A stretch of DNA of 64,000 bases, from IMG/VR virus record IMGVR_UViG_3300013093_000020; one strand, 5' to 3'. The notes under the pieces were generated by a model. The model saw only the letters and a list, made by a program, of their open reading frames with translations, made no database searches and was not told where the DNA came from. The translations under genes were made by a program, and so were the position numbers. Below are positions 28,701 through 38,600 of the stretch, piece by piece. This DNA comes from a virus. How positions within the stretch are numbered: the first letter of the stretch is position 1; each line of letters begins with the position of its first letter.

Positions 28701-31700
28701 GGTAATGCACCAGCAGTTGTCCATGATTTTCCGTCTACTGAATATGCAGTGTTAGTTGAACCGCTTGCTACGGCAACATAGTTGTTGGATGCAAATGTCG
28801 CAGCTTTCCATGTTGCTGATGCTGGCAATGTTCTGCTAGTTGCAGCATATCCAGGAGCAGTATATGAAATACGAGGTTCAATAATGTATGTTGTAGTCAA
28901 GTTTAAAGATGATGCTATTGCTGTTCCAGGAACAACATGATCCCAACCTGCGGCATATAATGATACTGACTGTGCAGTAGTTGTTGTAATTGCTGTAGTT
29001 AGTGCTGCACCACCACTTGATGTTGCCACATTAAATGTCGTTGCACTAGCAATTGCCTGTACAAAATACACAGTGTTAACAGTTAGTCCGCCAACTGTGG
29101 AAGCCACATAGAATGGCATGTTAACATATAAAGTTGCTGTACTAGCCACTGTAACAGTTGATGGAGTACCTTGTGTAGTAGCAGTAATAGTCAAAGTAGT
29201 AAACGATTCTTTGCCAATCAGCGCAGATTTAGTACCGCTGTTATAGTTGTAAATGTAACCGTATTGTCCAACACCAGAACCAGCAGTTAACAATACTCTC
29301 ATTCCGGTGTATGTATTGCTTAAGCCTGTATCAGCTGCGGCAATTACAATGCTGTAATTATTGCTGTTACTACCTTGTGAAGTATTAGCGGCTGTGATAT
29401 ATCCAGCACCGCCATAACCGTTACCGTTGTTAAGGTCAATTAAACGAGTTTCATATACAGCAGCATCGCGATATTCGTCACCAATAGCAGTTGCATTAAA
29501 ACCACTGCCGTTAATCACATAGGCTGCATTTGAATATGCTGTACCAGCATTTGCATATTCTACACGATAAATTGCGTTTGCTGCATCTGTTACAGTGTTT
29601 GTAATATATGCTTGGTTAGCACGATTGTTTAAGTTAGCATAAAGTGGAGTTTCATATGTGTCAACACCTTCTGCAATAACACCGTATGTACCATATGAAC
29701 TATTACCGTTTGTAGCACGGATACGACCGCCTAGTTCTGCAAGGTAACCCGAGTATCCATAGTAGTTAAACACTGAAACTAGTTCAGTTAATGAGCCAGA
29801 TCCTGTACACCACACACCGATACCATCTGATAAAATTGTAGTAAAGTCGTTTTTAACCATTGACTTATTACCGCCTGCATGTAACGATGCATCAATCTTA
29901 GCACCAGTACATGCTGTACCAAACATAGTAACGTTTTGACTGTAGTGTGAGCGTGTATTCACCCATGCATTTGAGTCCCATGGTCCAAATCCTGGATCAA
30001 GTGATACAAACGCACCAGCTGTTGGGCGTTTTGTGCCATAGCTATTGGCTGCAGTTAATGTTCCTATTAGTCCATTTAAAGTACAATTTCTTAATCCAGA
30101 AGCGTTACGAACTAAGAACATGTTGCTTGTTTGTGAACCATTGATAGAATTGTATAACACTTGTGCATAGCGCAAGCTTCTATAATTACCGGTGTACTGC
30201 AAATCGTAAATAATACCATTTAAGAAATAACCAATATCACTTTGTGCAAATGCTACACTAAATGTATATACAACAGTCATTGCAGGACTTGCTACAGTTG
30301 TTATGGTAAACACGGTTCCATTAGTTGCTGTACCAGTAATACTGCCAGTCGCTGCCGACAATGTTATGCTTGACCCGCCTGCTGAAGTACTTAAAGTAAT
30401 TACTCCAGAACCATTAGTGCTTTGAGTGATAATGTTGGTAATGTAATATGTTGTACCAGATGTGATACCACCTAAACTACCGGTAAACACAACAGTTTGA
30501 CCAACTGCTAAGTTAGTTGTTGAATAGACTGTTACATAGTTTGTTGTTACTGCCGTTGCTGTTGCTGTTACAGCAAAAGTTGGACTTGTGCTAACTGTAA
30601 ACGATGTACTTGACGGCACTGTCATTACATAATAAGTTGTTCCAGAAACTAAATTGCCAACAATCGAAGTAGCAGTACCGGTCATTGTACCAGATGCAGT
30701 TATTAACTGGAACGCAGAACCTCCGCCTGTGTTGCTCACAGTAATATGTGTGCTGTCAGGTATAGTTGAAACATAATATGTAGTACCTGCTACAATATTA
30801 CCAAATGTTGTACCTGAAAACACAATTGGAGCTCCGGTAACTAGACCAGTTGTAGAGTTAACGGTAATTTGATTCGGTCTTGTACCGTCTGTTGACACCG
30901 TTGTTGCAGTAGCAGTGATTGTTATTGGACTAGCTGTAAATTGTACGCTGTCGCCAACTGTTAAATTGTGTGCTGCACTAGTATTAACTACATTACCTGA
31001 ACTAGCTAAACTACTTACAGTTCCACCAAAGTTAGCAGTTAACCATGCTGTAGATTCAGCTTTCAAGAACGGAATGTTAGCACGAATGATTTCAGCACCG
31101 TTAATAGTAGTTAAGGTATTATTATATGTTGTTTGCCCAGCAACTTGTGTAGTGTATCCGCTGATTGAACCACCATTTGACATAAAGTTATTAATATCGT
31201 CAACTAATGAGCTAGCTTGTGCAACTGCACCACTAGCCGCAATGGTCTTGGCTTTATAGGCTAAGAAGTTAATCATGCCTAGTTCAGCTGTTAGTTGGCT
31301 AGAAATAACTGTTTGAGCTGATGTATTTGTAAATCCAAATAGATAAGCATAGTATCTACGGTTGACAATTTGCGTAGCAAAGTTGCTGCCAAACACTAAG
31401 TCATAACTTAATGCATCAACAATATAGCCAATGTCTCGTTGGCAAGTTGCAACTACAAAATTTAGTGATTGATAGTACTTTTGTACCCATGCACTTCCGT
31501 CTAATTGAATCTGTGAGCGAGCTGCTTGTAAGTTTGTGAAGCTTGTTTGTAGTATAGCTGTTGATGAGCCTGTATACGGTGTAACTGTTGAAGGAGCTGC
31601 GCCAGTGTTAATCCATGTATTGATCACTGCTACGCAGGCTGTTGCAAATGTTCCTGCACCTGCACTACCAGCAGTACCTGTTGTTACTTGCGATTGTGCA

Positions 31701-34700
31701 TTACCGCTTTGGGCAGTAATAGCAGTTTTAGTTACAATGTTTGCAATTTCTGATTGTAAGAATGTCAAACTTGCAAGATATGCTGCTTTTGATGCTGATG
31801 AAATAGTTAAATTGTAGTATGAATAGTATGCGCTACCTGCAATAATACTTTGTGTATTACCACCATAGATCATATCATAAACCACAGCATCTAAAATAAA
31901 TCCAATTTGTGTTTGGAAGTTGGTTTGCCCTGATGATCCTAATCCTGTCCAAACACTTGAATAGTTGTTTTGGAAATATTGTGCAACATCGGCTTTGATA
32001 AATGTGTAGTTTTGTAAAATTTGTTTTACACCGTCGCCGTAGTTTGCAGTATTTCCTGTGGCATTTCCAGTTGAAGCATACGCTGTGTTAGTCAATGACG
32101 ATGTGTTATAGTTTACAGGCCATGGTAAAACATAACTGTTTAATGTGCCTGTACCTGCATTTAACAAACTAATCAATGTAGATGCGTTATTGACTACACT
32201 TGAAACAGCACTTGTACCATATGTAAATGACACATTTTGTGAAGTAGTGTTAGTCAATGAAACTGCCGATGATTGATTAGTTACTGGAGTTGCACTAGTA
32301 ATAGAGAATGTTGTAGTATTAATTACAGTGTTAACATAATATGTTGTTCCACCTGTAATGCCACCAAACGAGCTGGCAAATACTACCGGTGTGCCAACAG
32401 TTAACGCCGCAGTGCTTGCAGTTGTTACATAACCAGGTGATCCGCTAGTAGTAGCAGTAGCAGTTAATGTTAATGCAGAATAACTACCAACATCGCCTGC
32501 TGGCAATGTAGTAACTTGTGTTGCTGTATTACCGCTAGTAGGAGTAATAGTGGTATTGCTGATCAAACTTGGTAGTAATGACTTGATACGATTTAATGCG
32601 CTGGCATTTTTATTGGTAACAGATGTCAATACTGGGTCAGCTGCATATGGTTGAATTACGGTTGAGCGCAATTCGTCGCCTACTATTGCTGTATAGGTTG
32701 GTAAGTTGATTGGCAACACTTCGTTGTATGTGCCGGTTTTTACGCTGATAGTTGTATTTGGATTTAATGCTACTGGTATAGCTGTAGTTGTACCTGCTAA
32801 TAGTCCAGTGGTGATAATGCCTACTAGGTTTTGTGAAATTGTAGTACTACCAGTTTCTGCGGTATATCCTGTTGTAGTATTTTGAATTGCACGACTGCCT
32901 ACACTAATTCCGTTTAACGATTGATAGTTGTTTGTTGGCGCAGTATTGGCCAATACATTACCAATTAAAGTGCTTAGATATGCATATCCGCCTGCACTTT
33001 GTTTTACTTGGTAACTTAAAGTTGTTGTTATAAATGTGCTAACGCCGCTGAAATATGATAGTGCGGCTGCTGTAGTTTTAGCAGTACCACCATGGCCTAG
33101 GTCATATATAACTGCATCGACAATAATGCCAGTGTCTCGTTCGCATTTTGCTGAATTGTAGCTTAACTGTGCAACCATAGATCCGCTTCCGCCTGAGAAG
33201 CTAGTTGCAGATCCGTTATAAGTTGTACTTACACTGAATGTTGTACTGCCGCCAATGCTAACCACATAGTATGTTGTTGATGCATTTACACCGCCAAATG
33301 TAGAACCAGTAAACACAATAGGCATACCAACTACTAAGTTAGCGGTCGATGCTGCTGTGATGGTTGTTGCACTGATGTTTGTAACTGTTGCCTGATATGT
33401 ATAAACAATGAAGTTTGTAACTTCTTTCATCATGAATTGTTTATTAATCTGTAACAAATATTGAGCTTGTGGATTTTGATATCCTGCTTCAATTTGTTGG
33501 CAAGCATACTGAATTGTTTTCCATGGAGTATCAACTGTTAGACCATATGTTGGTGCTGGGCCGTCAACACCTGCTGGGCCAACATAGACTAGGTTGTTGA
33601 TCAATCCATAGTTTTGCCATGCTGGATAGCCGTTTGTTGAACGCAATACTTGGCCGTTAGTGCCAATTGGTAAGCGAGTTGGACCGTTAGGACCATAGTA
33701 GAATGTATCGCCAGCTGTGGTCAGTGTTGCAACTTCGGCTCCTGCAGCTAACAAGTTCCAGTATGTGCCAGTTGTATCAGCATCTGGTCTGTTACCTGAT
33801 GCTGCTGAATGTGCTTGGACACAAATATAACTATTTGCACCAAAGAATGCAACATCGCCTAAGACATAATTAGTGCCACTGGTCCATGTCACTGAAATAC
33901 CACTATATGTAAATGTAGCAATAGCACCAGTTGATACTGTTGATACTGTAATTAGTAAATCATTAACTGGACTTAGACCGCCAATGCTGGTTCCTAAAAT
34001 TTTAATTTGATTAGATGCTGCATATCCTGATCCAGGTGCAGTATTAGTTACTGTGTACACAGTGCCTGTTCTTACCACAGTAAATGTTGCACCATTACCA
34101 GTACCGGACACATTAGTACCACTTAGACCAGTGTATGTCTGCGGATTATTAGTCCACTGTAGGCCTGAATTTAATTTGCTCCAATATGTTGCATTTCCTG
34201 GTTGTGCAGCAATCGTTGCTGAAACGCTTTGTGCGCTGGTATTGCTTAATGCAAATGCAGAACCACCAGGTGTTAGGCTAACGCTAAATTGTGTTCCAGT
34301 AAATCCACTAAGAACATAATATGTTGTTCCTGCTACTAAGTTGCCGACGTTTGATGCGACAGTAACAGACATACCAGTAACAAAACCAGTTGTTGATGCT
34401 ACTGTGATTAAATTACCAGTACTAGATGTAGCTGTAATTGTTTGTGTTAATGTTGGGCTGTCGATAATTGATAGGTATGTATAACCGTGTAATCTTACAA
34501 CAGAACCAACTTTGTAGTATGTATTGTTTACCCAGTCGCCTTGGAAACTAAATCCAGTAGTTACCGGAGTCCAATAGCTAGGAGCATTACTCGGTTGTTG
34601 GTTAGTATTAATCTGTGTGGCCACATATGAGTAACCGCCATAAGTTACGATGTCGCCTACATTATATGCTGTACTATTAGTCCAAGAATTTAAAAATTCA

Positions 34701-35614
34701 AATCCGTTTAAGAAAATTTGGAAATAAACACCAGTGCTGTCAATGCTCGAGCTAGAAGTGTGTGGTGAAGTACAAATATATAAGTTAGCACCAGATTTTA
34801 CAACATCGTTTAATTTATAACGAGTGCTTGCTGCCCATGTGCCAAGGTATGAAATACCTGCATTAAAAGTTTGCCATGCACTTTGATTTTGTTCTAGACC
34901 TAACGAAGCAGTACTAGCAGAGACGTGTGCTGTTGCGCAGTAGTATGCGTACCCGCCGTAAGTTACAATATCACCTAAATGATAATAGGTGTTAGTAGCC
35001 CATGCGCTGCGATAATTTGTGCCTAATGCAAACTGATCCCAATATGCTATTTCAGCTTCTAGTCCGCCAACTGTGGTTACTGTACCGGCAACTGTTTGGC
35101 TACCCGTTGCTGAACTTGTATATGACACAGAGCTTGTTGTACATGCTGTAACAGTAAATGTTCCATTGTATGGACCAGTAGTATTAACACCAGCAACTGT
35201 AATAGTTTGGCCAACACTGTACGGTGCCGAACCCTGTGTACTAAATGTAATAGTTGCCACAGTACCGGTACCGCTTGCACCTGTGGTTGTTAATGTTACT
35301 GCGCCTGTCGATGCGGCAGAATTATGAGCTGTATTAGCTTGGTATACAATGCCATAATACTTAACCAAGTCGCCTTTGTTATAGTATGTTGATGTTGCCC
35401 AGTTGCTTTTCCATTGTTGACCATCAGCAACTAGACTCCAGTAGCTAGGTACAGCATTTAAGTCGGTAGCAAATAAACTTGAACTTGTATTGTTAATCAC
35501 GCAAATGTAGGTTTTTCCGCCTACTGTAACAACGTCATCAACTACATAGGTGTAATTTGACTGCCATGCACCTTGATAAACAAATTTAATTCTACCTAAT
35601 AGATATTCTGCCAT
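25751..35614 (-). CDS. Giant multidomain fibre/baseplate protein (3287 aa)
   Basis: W..YxxGDxVxYxG..Y carbohydrate-binding-like repeats, beta-helix entry (VKTGTYNE...VGDELR), propeller-like repeats, C-terminal YSQVRLTGHDFL. Confidence 0.85.
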   Translation of the reverse strand: MAEYLLGRIKFVYQGAWQSNYTYVVDDVVTVGGKTYICVINNTSSSLFATDLNAVPSYWSLVADGQQWKSNWATSTYYNKGDLVKYYGIVYQANTAHNSAASTGAVTLTTTGASGTGTVATITFSTQGSAPYSVGQTITVAGVNTTGPYNGTFTVTACTTSSVSYTSSATGSQTVAGTVTTVGGLEAEIAYWDQFALGTNYRSAWATNTYYHLGDIVTYGGYAYYCATAHVSASTASLGLEQNQSAWQTFNAGISYLGTWAASTRYKLNDVVKSGANLYICTSPHTSSSSIDSTGVYFQIFLNGFEFLNSWTNSTAYNVGDIVTYGGYSYVATQINTNQQPSNAPSYWTPVTTGFSFQGDWVNNTYYKVGSVVRLHGYTYLSIIDSPTLTQTITATSSTGNLITVASTTGFVTGMSVTVASNVGNLVAGTTYYVLSGFTGTQFSVSLTPGGSAFALSNTSAQSVSATIAAQPGNATYWSKLNSGLQWTNNPQTYTGLSGTNVSGTGNGATFTVVRTGTVYTVTNTAPGSGYAASNQIKILGTSIGGLSPVNDLLITVSTVSTGAIATFTYSGISVTWTSGTNYVLGDVAFFGANSYICVQAHSAASGNRPDADTTGTYWNLLAAGAEVATLTTAGDTFYYGPNGPTRLPIGTNGQVLRSTNGYPAWQNYGLINNLVYVGPAGVDGPAPTYGLTVDTPWKTIQYACQQIEAGYQNPQAQYLLQINKQFMMKEVTNFIVYTYQATVTNISATTITAASTANLVVGMPIVFTGSTFGGVNASTTYYVVSIGGSTTFSVSTTYNGSATSFSGGSGSMVAQLSYNSAKCERDTGIIVDAVIYDLGHGGTAKTTAAALSYFSGVSTFITTTLSYQVKQSAGGYAYLSTLIGNVLANTAPTNNYQSLNGISVGSRAIQNTTTGYTAETGSTTISQNLVGIITTGLLAGTTTAIPVALNPNTTISVKTGTYNEVLPINLPTYTAIVGDELRSTVIQPYAADPVLTSVTNKNASALNRIKSLLPSLISNTTITPTSGNTATQVTTLPAGDVGSYSALTLTATATTSGSPGYVTTASTAALTVGTPVVFASSFGGITGGTTYYVNTVINTTTFSITSATPVTNQSSAVSLTNTTSQNVSFTYGTSAVSSVVNNASTLISLLNAGTGTLNSYVLPWPVNYNTSSLTNTAYASTGNATGNTANYGDGVKQILQNYTFIKADVAQYFQNNYSSVWTGLGSSGQTNFQTQIGFILDAVVYDMIYGGNTQSIIAGSAYYSYYNLTISSASKAAYLASLTFLQSEIANIVTKTAITAQSGNAQSQVTTGTAGSAGAGTFATACVAVINTWINTGAAPSTVTPYTGSSTAILQTSFTNLQAARSQIQLDGSAWVQKYYQSLNFVVATCQRDIGYIVDALSYDLVFGSNFATQIVNRRYYAYLFGFTNTSAQTVISSQLTAELGMINFLAYKAKTIAASGAVAQASSLVDDINNFMSNGGSISGYTTQVAGQTTYNNTLTTINGAEIIRANIPFLKAESTAWLTANFGGTVSSLASSGNVVNTSAAHNLTVGDSVQFTASPITITATATTVSTDGTRPNQITVNSTTGLVTGAPIVFSGTTFGNIVAGTTYYVSTIPDSTHITVSNTGGGSAFQLITASGTMTGTATSIVGNLVSGTTYYVMTVPSSTSFTVSTSPTFAVTATATAVTTNYVTVYSTTNLAVGQTVVFTGSLGGITSGTTYYITNIITQSTNGSGVITLSTSAGGSSITLSAATGSITGTATNGTVFTITTVASPAMTVVYTFSVAFAQSDIGYFLNGIIYDLQYTGNYRSLRYAQVLYNSINGSQTSNMFLVRNASGLRNCTLNGLIGTLTAANSYGTKRPTAGAFVSLDPGFGPWDSNAWVNTRSHYSQNVTMFGTACTGAKIDASLHAGGNKSMVKNDFTTILSDGIGVWCTGSGSLTELVSVFNYYGYSGYLAELGGRIRATNGNSSYGTYGVIAEGVDTYETPLYANLNNRANQAYITNTVTDAANAIYRVEYANAGTAYSNAAYVINGSGFNATAIGDEYRDAAVYETRLIDLNNGNGYGGAGYITAANTSQGSNSNNYSIVIAAADTGLSNTYTGMRVLLTAGSGVGQYGYIYNYNSGTKSALIGKESFTTLTITATTQGTPSTVTVASTATLYVNMPFYVASTVGGLTVNTVYFVQAIASATTFNVATSSGGAALTTAITTTTAQSVSLYAAGWDHVVPGTAIASSLNLTTTYIIEPRISYTAPGYAATSRTLPASATWKAATFASNNYVAVASGSTNTAYSVDGKSWTTAGALPSSQTWTDVVYGGGQGAAATVTVGGLGGGSASLTAVLGTGTSAGQVVSVTINAGGYGYTTTPTIVFSGGGGSGATATCAVLNGAITSVTVTIPGSNYSSAPTVTANTSVVTAITMTTWGRNYSSNPTVTIADPFTGSAWTSSGTATLNNYYYYVTTGVKNWYQATVGGTFTTTGPSFTSGSQSNGTATLTYVGTTAIGTPTLTNTGVSSIAISTAGYGYTTTPLITITDTNAKFVAISGASTNAAYQTVTGLGLGSSWTASATSLPASNFASIAFGVITATPLWVAVGGASSGTTSTDGSTWGSTAPGTLGSGSWVGIAFGAGVFVALASTGVTSVYNGSTWTAGGTIAGSYTTFVSITYGNGRFVAMGSAGQIAYSLDYGTTWTVAPSASGASTSILSSSNTWTKITYGQGLFLAIAQGTVWATSPEGINWTVRTAPGSSTNWAGATFGNINGNPLFVAVSNSSGTVAASAHTGATAQARTKVVSNALSEIRMIEPGSGYAKGAITTSYAPVTMVVNSSSGNNITVSASISGVVANQPITFASNVGSLTAGTIYYVVSASGTTLTVSTSVGGSATSVGTTSALTVNATTQSIVIVDQVENAYVSQPVEFQNATAAGLTANTIYYIVPGSLSATTNSFAVSTTSSATAGTALTAATSIGGTYTTGPIITITDPNQTITAPTRVRTGTGVLGNPSFSNRGTNNATATTTVAGDGYSDIYQASNFVNVTGLYSAPTAGANVTFATITGTTSYYKLVQVNNLVGSLGNYSATFQINPALSVYLAPAHGTQITTRLKYSQVRLTGHDFLYIGTGNQTTTNYPNVNIASAIQSNQTLSSYGGRVFFTSTDQDGNFNVGNLFAVQQATGTATLNASAFNLSGLQSLQLGSVSVGTGSAVITQFSTDPYFTANSDNILPTQRAIRSYITSQIGGGQSSLNVNSLTSGSINVSGNTITSTIQGTGIIVKAKMNFTGGIDGAPVALQFFFQR

Positions 35615-35664
35615 TTTTTATTCCTTTGATATTATATTTATCTTATCCTAAAACTTCATGTTTG

Positions 35665-38600
35665 TTAACGGTGAGCAAAGTTCTTAATAAAGAACGCTTG
35701 CGCCATCATTCCACCGTCAACGCCGGCATATGGCCCTTGCATGTGTACAGTGACCGGTATTTTTACGCTAGATCCGGGAGTGCCAGCAACTACGGTGCTG
35801 CCAATAATATTTGGACCACCAATCGTTACAGTACCGGCTGTAGTGTTTCCAGTAAATGTATTTGAACCGCCCTGGCTTAGACGAGCTGCAAGATAAGTTT
35901 TTACAGCTTTTTGTGTTGATAAAATGTTGTCACTATTTGCCACAAAAGTACCGTCAGTACTGAATTGAGTAATAATCACACTTGATCCGCCAACACTAAT
36001 ACCACCCAATGTCAACTGATTTAAACCTTGTAGTCCAAATTGGCTGGCACTAATTGTAACTGTGCCAGTTGCTTGTTGAACTCCAAACAAGTTACCAACT
36101 TTAAAGTTTCCGTCTTGGTCAGTCGATGTATAGAATACACGACCGTAGTTGTTTTCAATTGTTTGATTTTGTGGTGACAGCAATGTAGTTCCTGGAACAG
36201 GTACTCCTGGGTAATTACTTTGGTATTGGTCCCCGTAGCCAATATTTAAGAAGTCATGGTTGGTAGCACGAACCTGACTGTATTTTTCTCTAATTATCAA
36301 TGCAGTTCCTGTAGAAGGAGCTAACAATGTGCTCATACTTGGAGAAATTGTCAATAGCGCAGTAAAGTTAGGTGCAGTTGTTCCATATAGTCCAGTAGCA
36401 CTGGTAACTTTATAAATTGTACTATTGTTACTAATAACCAAATCGTCTCCAGGTCTTGGAAGATTTGACAAATTGTTTATGTACAAGTTATAATTGTTTT
36501 GATATTGATCTGCTGATCCAGAGCCATTTACGGCAATACTAGTTCCAGACACTGTGTATCCAGCACCATTAGATACAAATGTTGGGGTAGCTAACACGCC
36601 ATTTGCTGTTCTTAATGCATAAGGTGCTGTTGAAGTATTGTTTGGATCAAATATACTCAATGTTGGAGTTGAGGTATATCCGCTACCAGGTTCAAACTCA
36701 TATACAGTTGCCATAGTACCTGCCGATATATTTGGTCGGCCTTTTGTTTGTGCTCCTGCACTAGTAATGCTTCCTGAGTTAACTCCGCCTGTGCCGCCAA
36801 CAGTTACAAAAATACCAGTATAAGGGACAGTATTCATCACAGCAGTTACTACAGCAGTTGTACCGCCACTAGGTGGTGCAGAAACTGTAATAGTTGGAGT
36901 AGAAGTATATCCACTACCTGGTGTAATAATTGTAACTGCGGCAATGCCGCCATTTAATATTGTGCAAGTTGCAGTTGCTTGAACTGTTGCACCACCTCCA
37001 CTAAATGTCAATGTTGGTGCTGTTAAGTATCCACTTCCTGCAACTCCAATATTGTAACCTGTTACATACGCAGTACCTGTAAAACCAAATGCAGTTGCTG
37101 CAGAAGTAATTGCAACGCCAGTTCTAATTTTCCAGAAATTGCCATCCTCACTTGTATAGCAAGTTGCATTTCCAGAATTAACTGCGGTAAACACCCCTTG
37201 TCCGTAAGTTATCGAAGTTGCTGTGATTGAGTATGTGCTAGTATACCAAGTTATTCCGTCAAAGCTATAAGCAGGAGTTGCGCTAGTGCTTGAAACTGCT
37301 ACAAATCTACCGTTACCATAGGCAACGCTAGACCATGCTGTTGACACTGGTAATGTTCCGCTAGTCCACGATGCACCATTGTTAATACTATATGCGCTTT
37401 GTGTACCGCCCGATGCAACGGCTACCCATTTGTTAGCACCATAGGCCAACCCAGTCCAGGTAGTGTTAGGTAATCCAGATCCAGAACTCCATGTACTTCC
37501 GTAACTTGTCGAATATGCAACATTGCTAGTTCCTGATGCAATGGCAACGAATGTACCGTTACCGTAGACAATATTAGTCCAAGTGCTAATACTTGGCAAA
37601 TACGCTGTCTTCCAGCTTTGACCGCTTGAGTTTGATGAAATAACAAATGATCCTGGAATACTTGTTCCGCCAGTTGATATAATTACCCAAGTTCCTTGAC
37701 CGTATGCAACTCCGGTCCATGCCGCAGAGAATGGGATCGTTATTGAAGACCAATTATTTCCGTCAGAACTTCCAATAATTGTAGATCCGCCCGCAGGTAC
37801 AGCAATAAAATAATTTGCGCCATACGCTATTGCGGTATATCCTGCTCCAGCACTCTGACTTGGTAGTGTCAAATATGTTTGAGTAAATGCCGGTTGTGAG
37901 TAAGTTAATCTTGGTTCAATGTAATAAATTGTACTAGTATCAAATACTGAAACTGGAGGCGTGCCAGCAATAACATGATCCCAGCCAACTTGGCCCATCT
38001 GCATTGATCCTGTAGAACTTGCTAAAGTTACGGCCGATACACCATTGCTAGTAGCAGTAATAGTAAATGTATTTGTGCTACCGGCATTAATTGCTAGAAC
38101 ATAATATGTTGTACCTTGTGTCACGCCGCCAAACAACGGTGTTTGGAATAGTGTTGACATGCTACCGTACCCAGATGTTAGTGATTTTTTAGCGGTAGTA
38201 CTAGTTAGTGTCATAGATCCAGATCCAACAGCAGTTAAAGTAAATGTTGTTGGAGCGGTTCTAATAGTCATATAACCAGTAGCAGTTGACAATGCTACAG
38301 CTGATCCGCCAACTGTATTACTAATAGTAAATGTTGTTGCGTTGTTAATCGCTAGTATATAATACTGCGTTTCAGACACAAGTCCACCAAAACTATTGCC
38401 TGTAAAGAAAATTGGATTACCTGCAATAAATCCAGTAGTTGAAGTTACTGTGATCAAGTTTGTAATAGCTGCTGTTGATGTTGCAGTAGTATTGATTAAA
38501 CTTGTTGCTAGTTGAATATGATAAGTGTCTGGAATATTAGCAATATAATAAGTTGTACCTGCTACAACACTACCAAAAGTAGTTCCAGAAAATACTATAG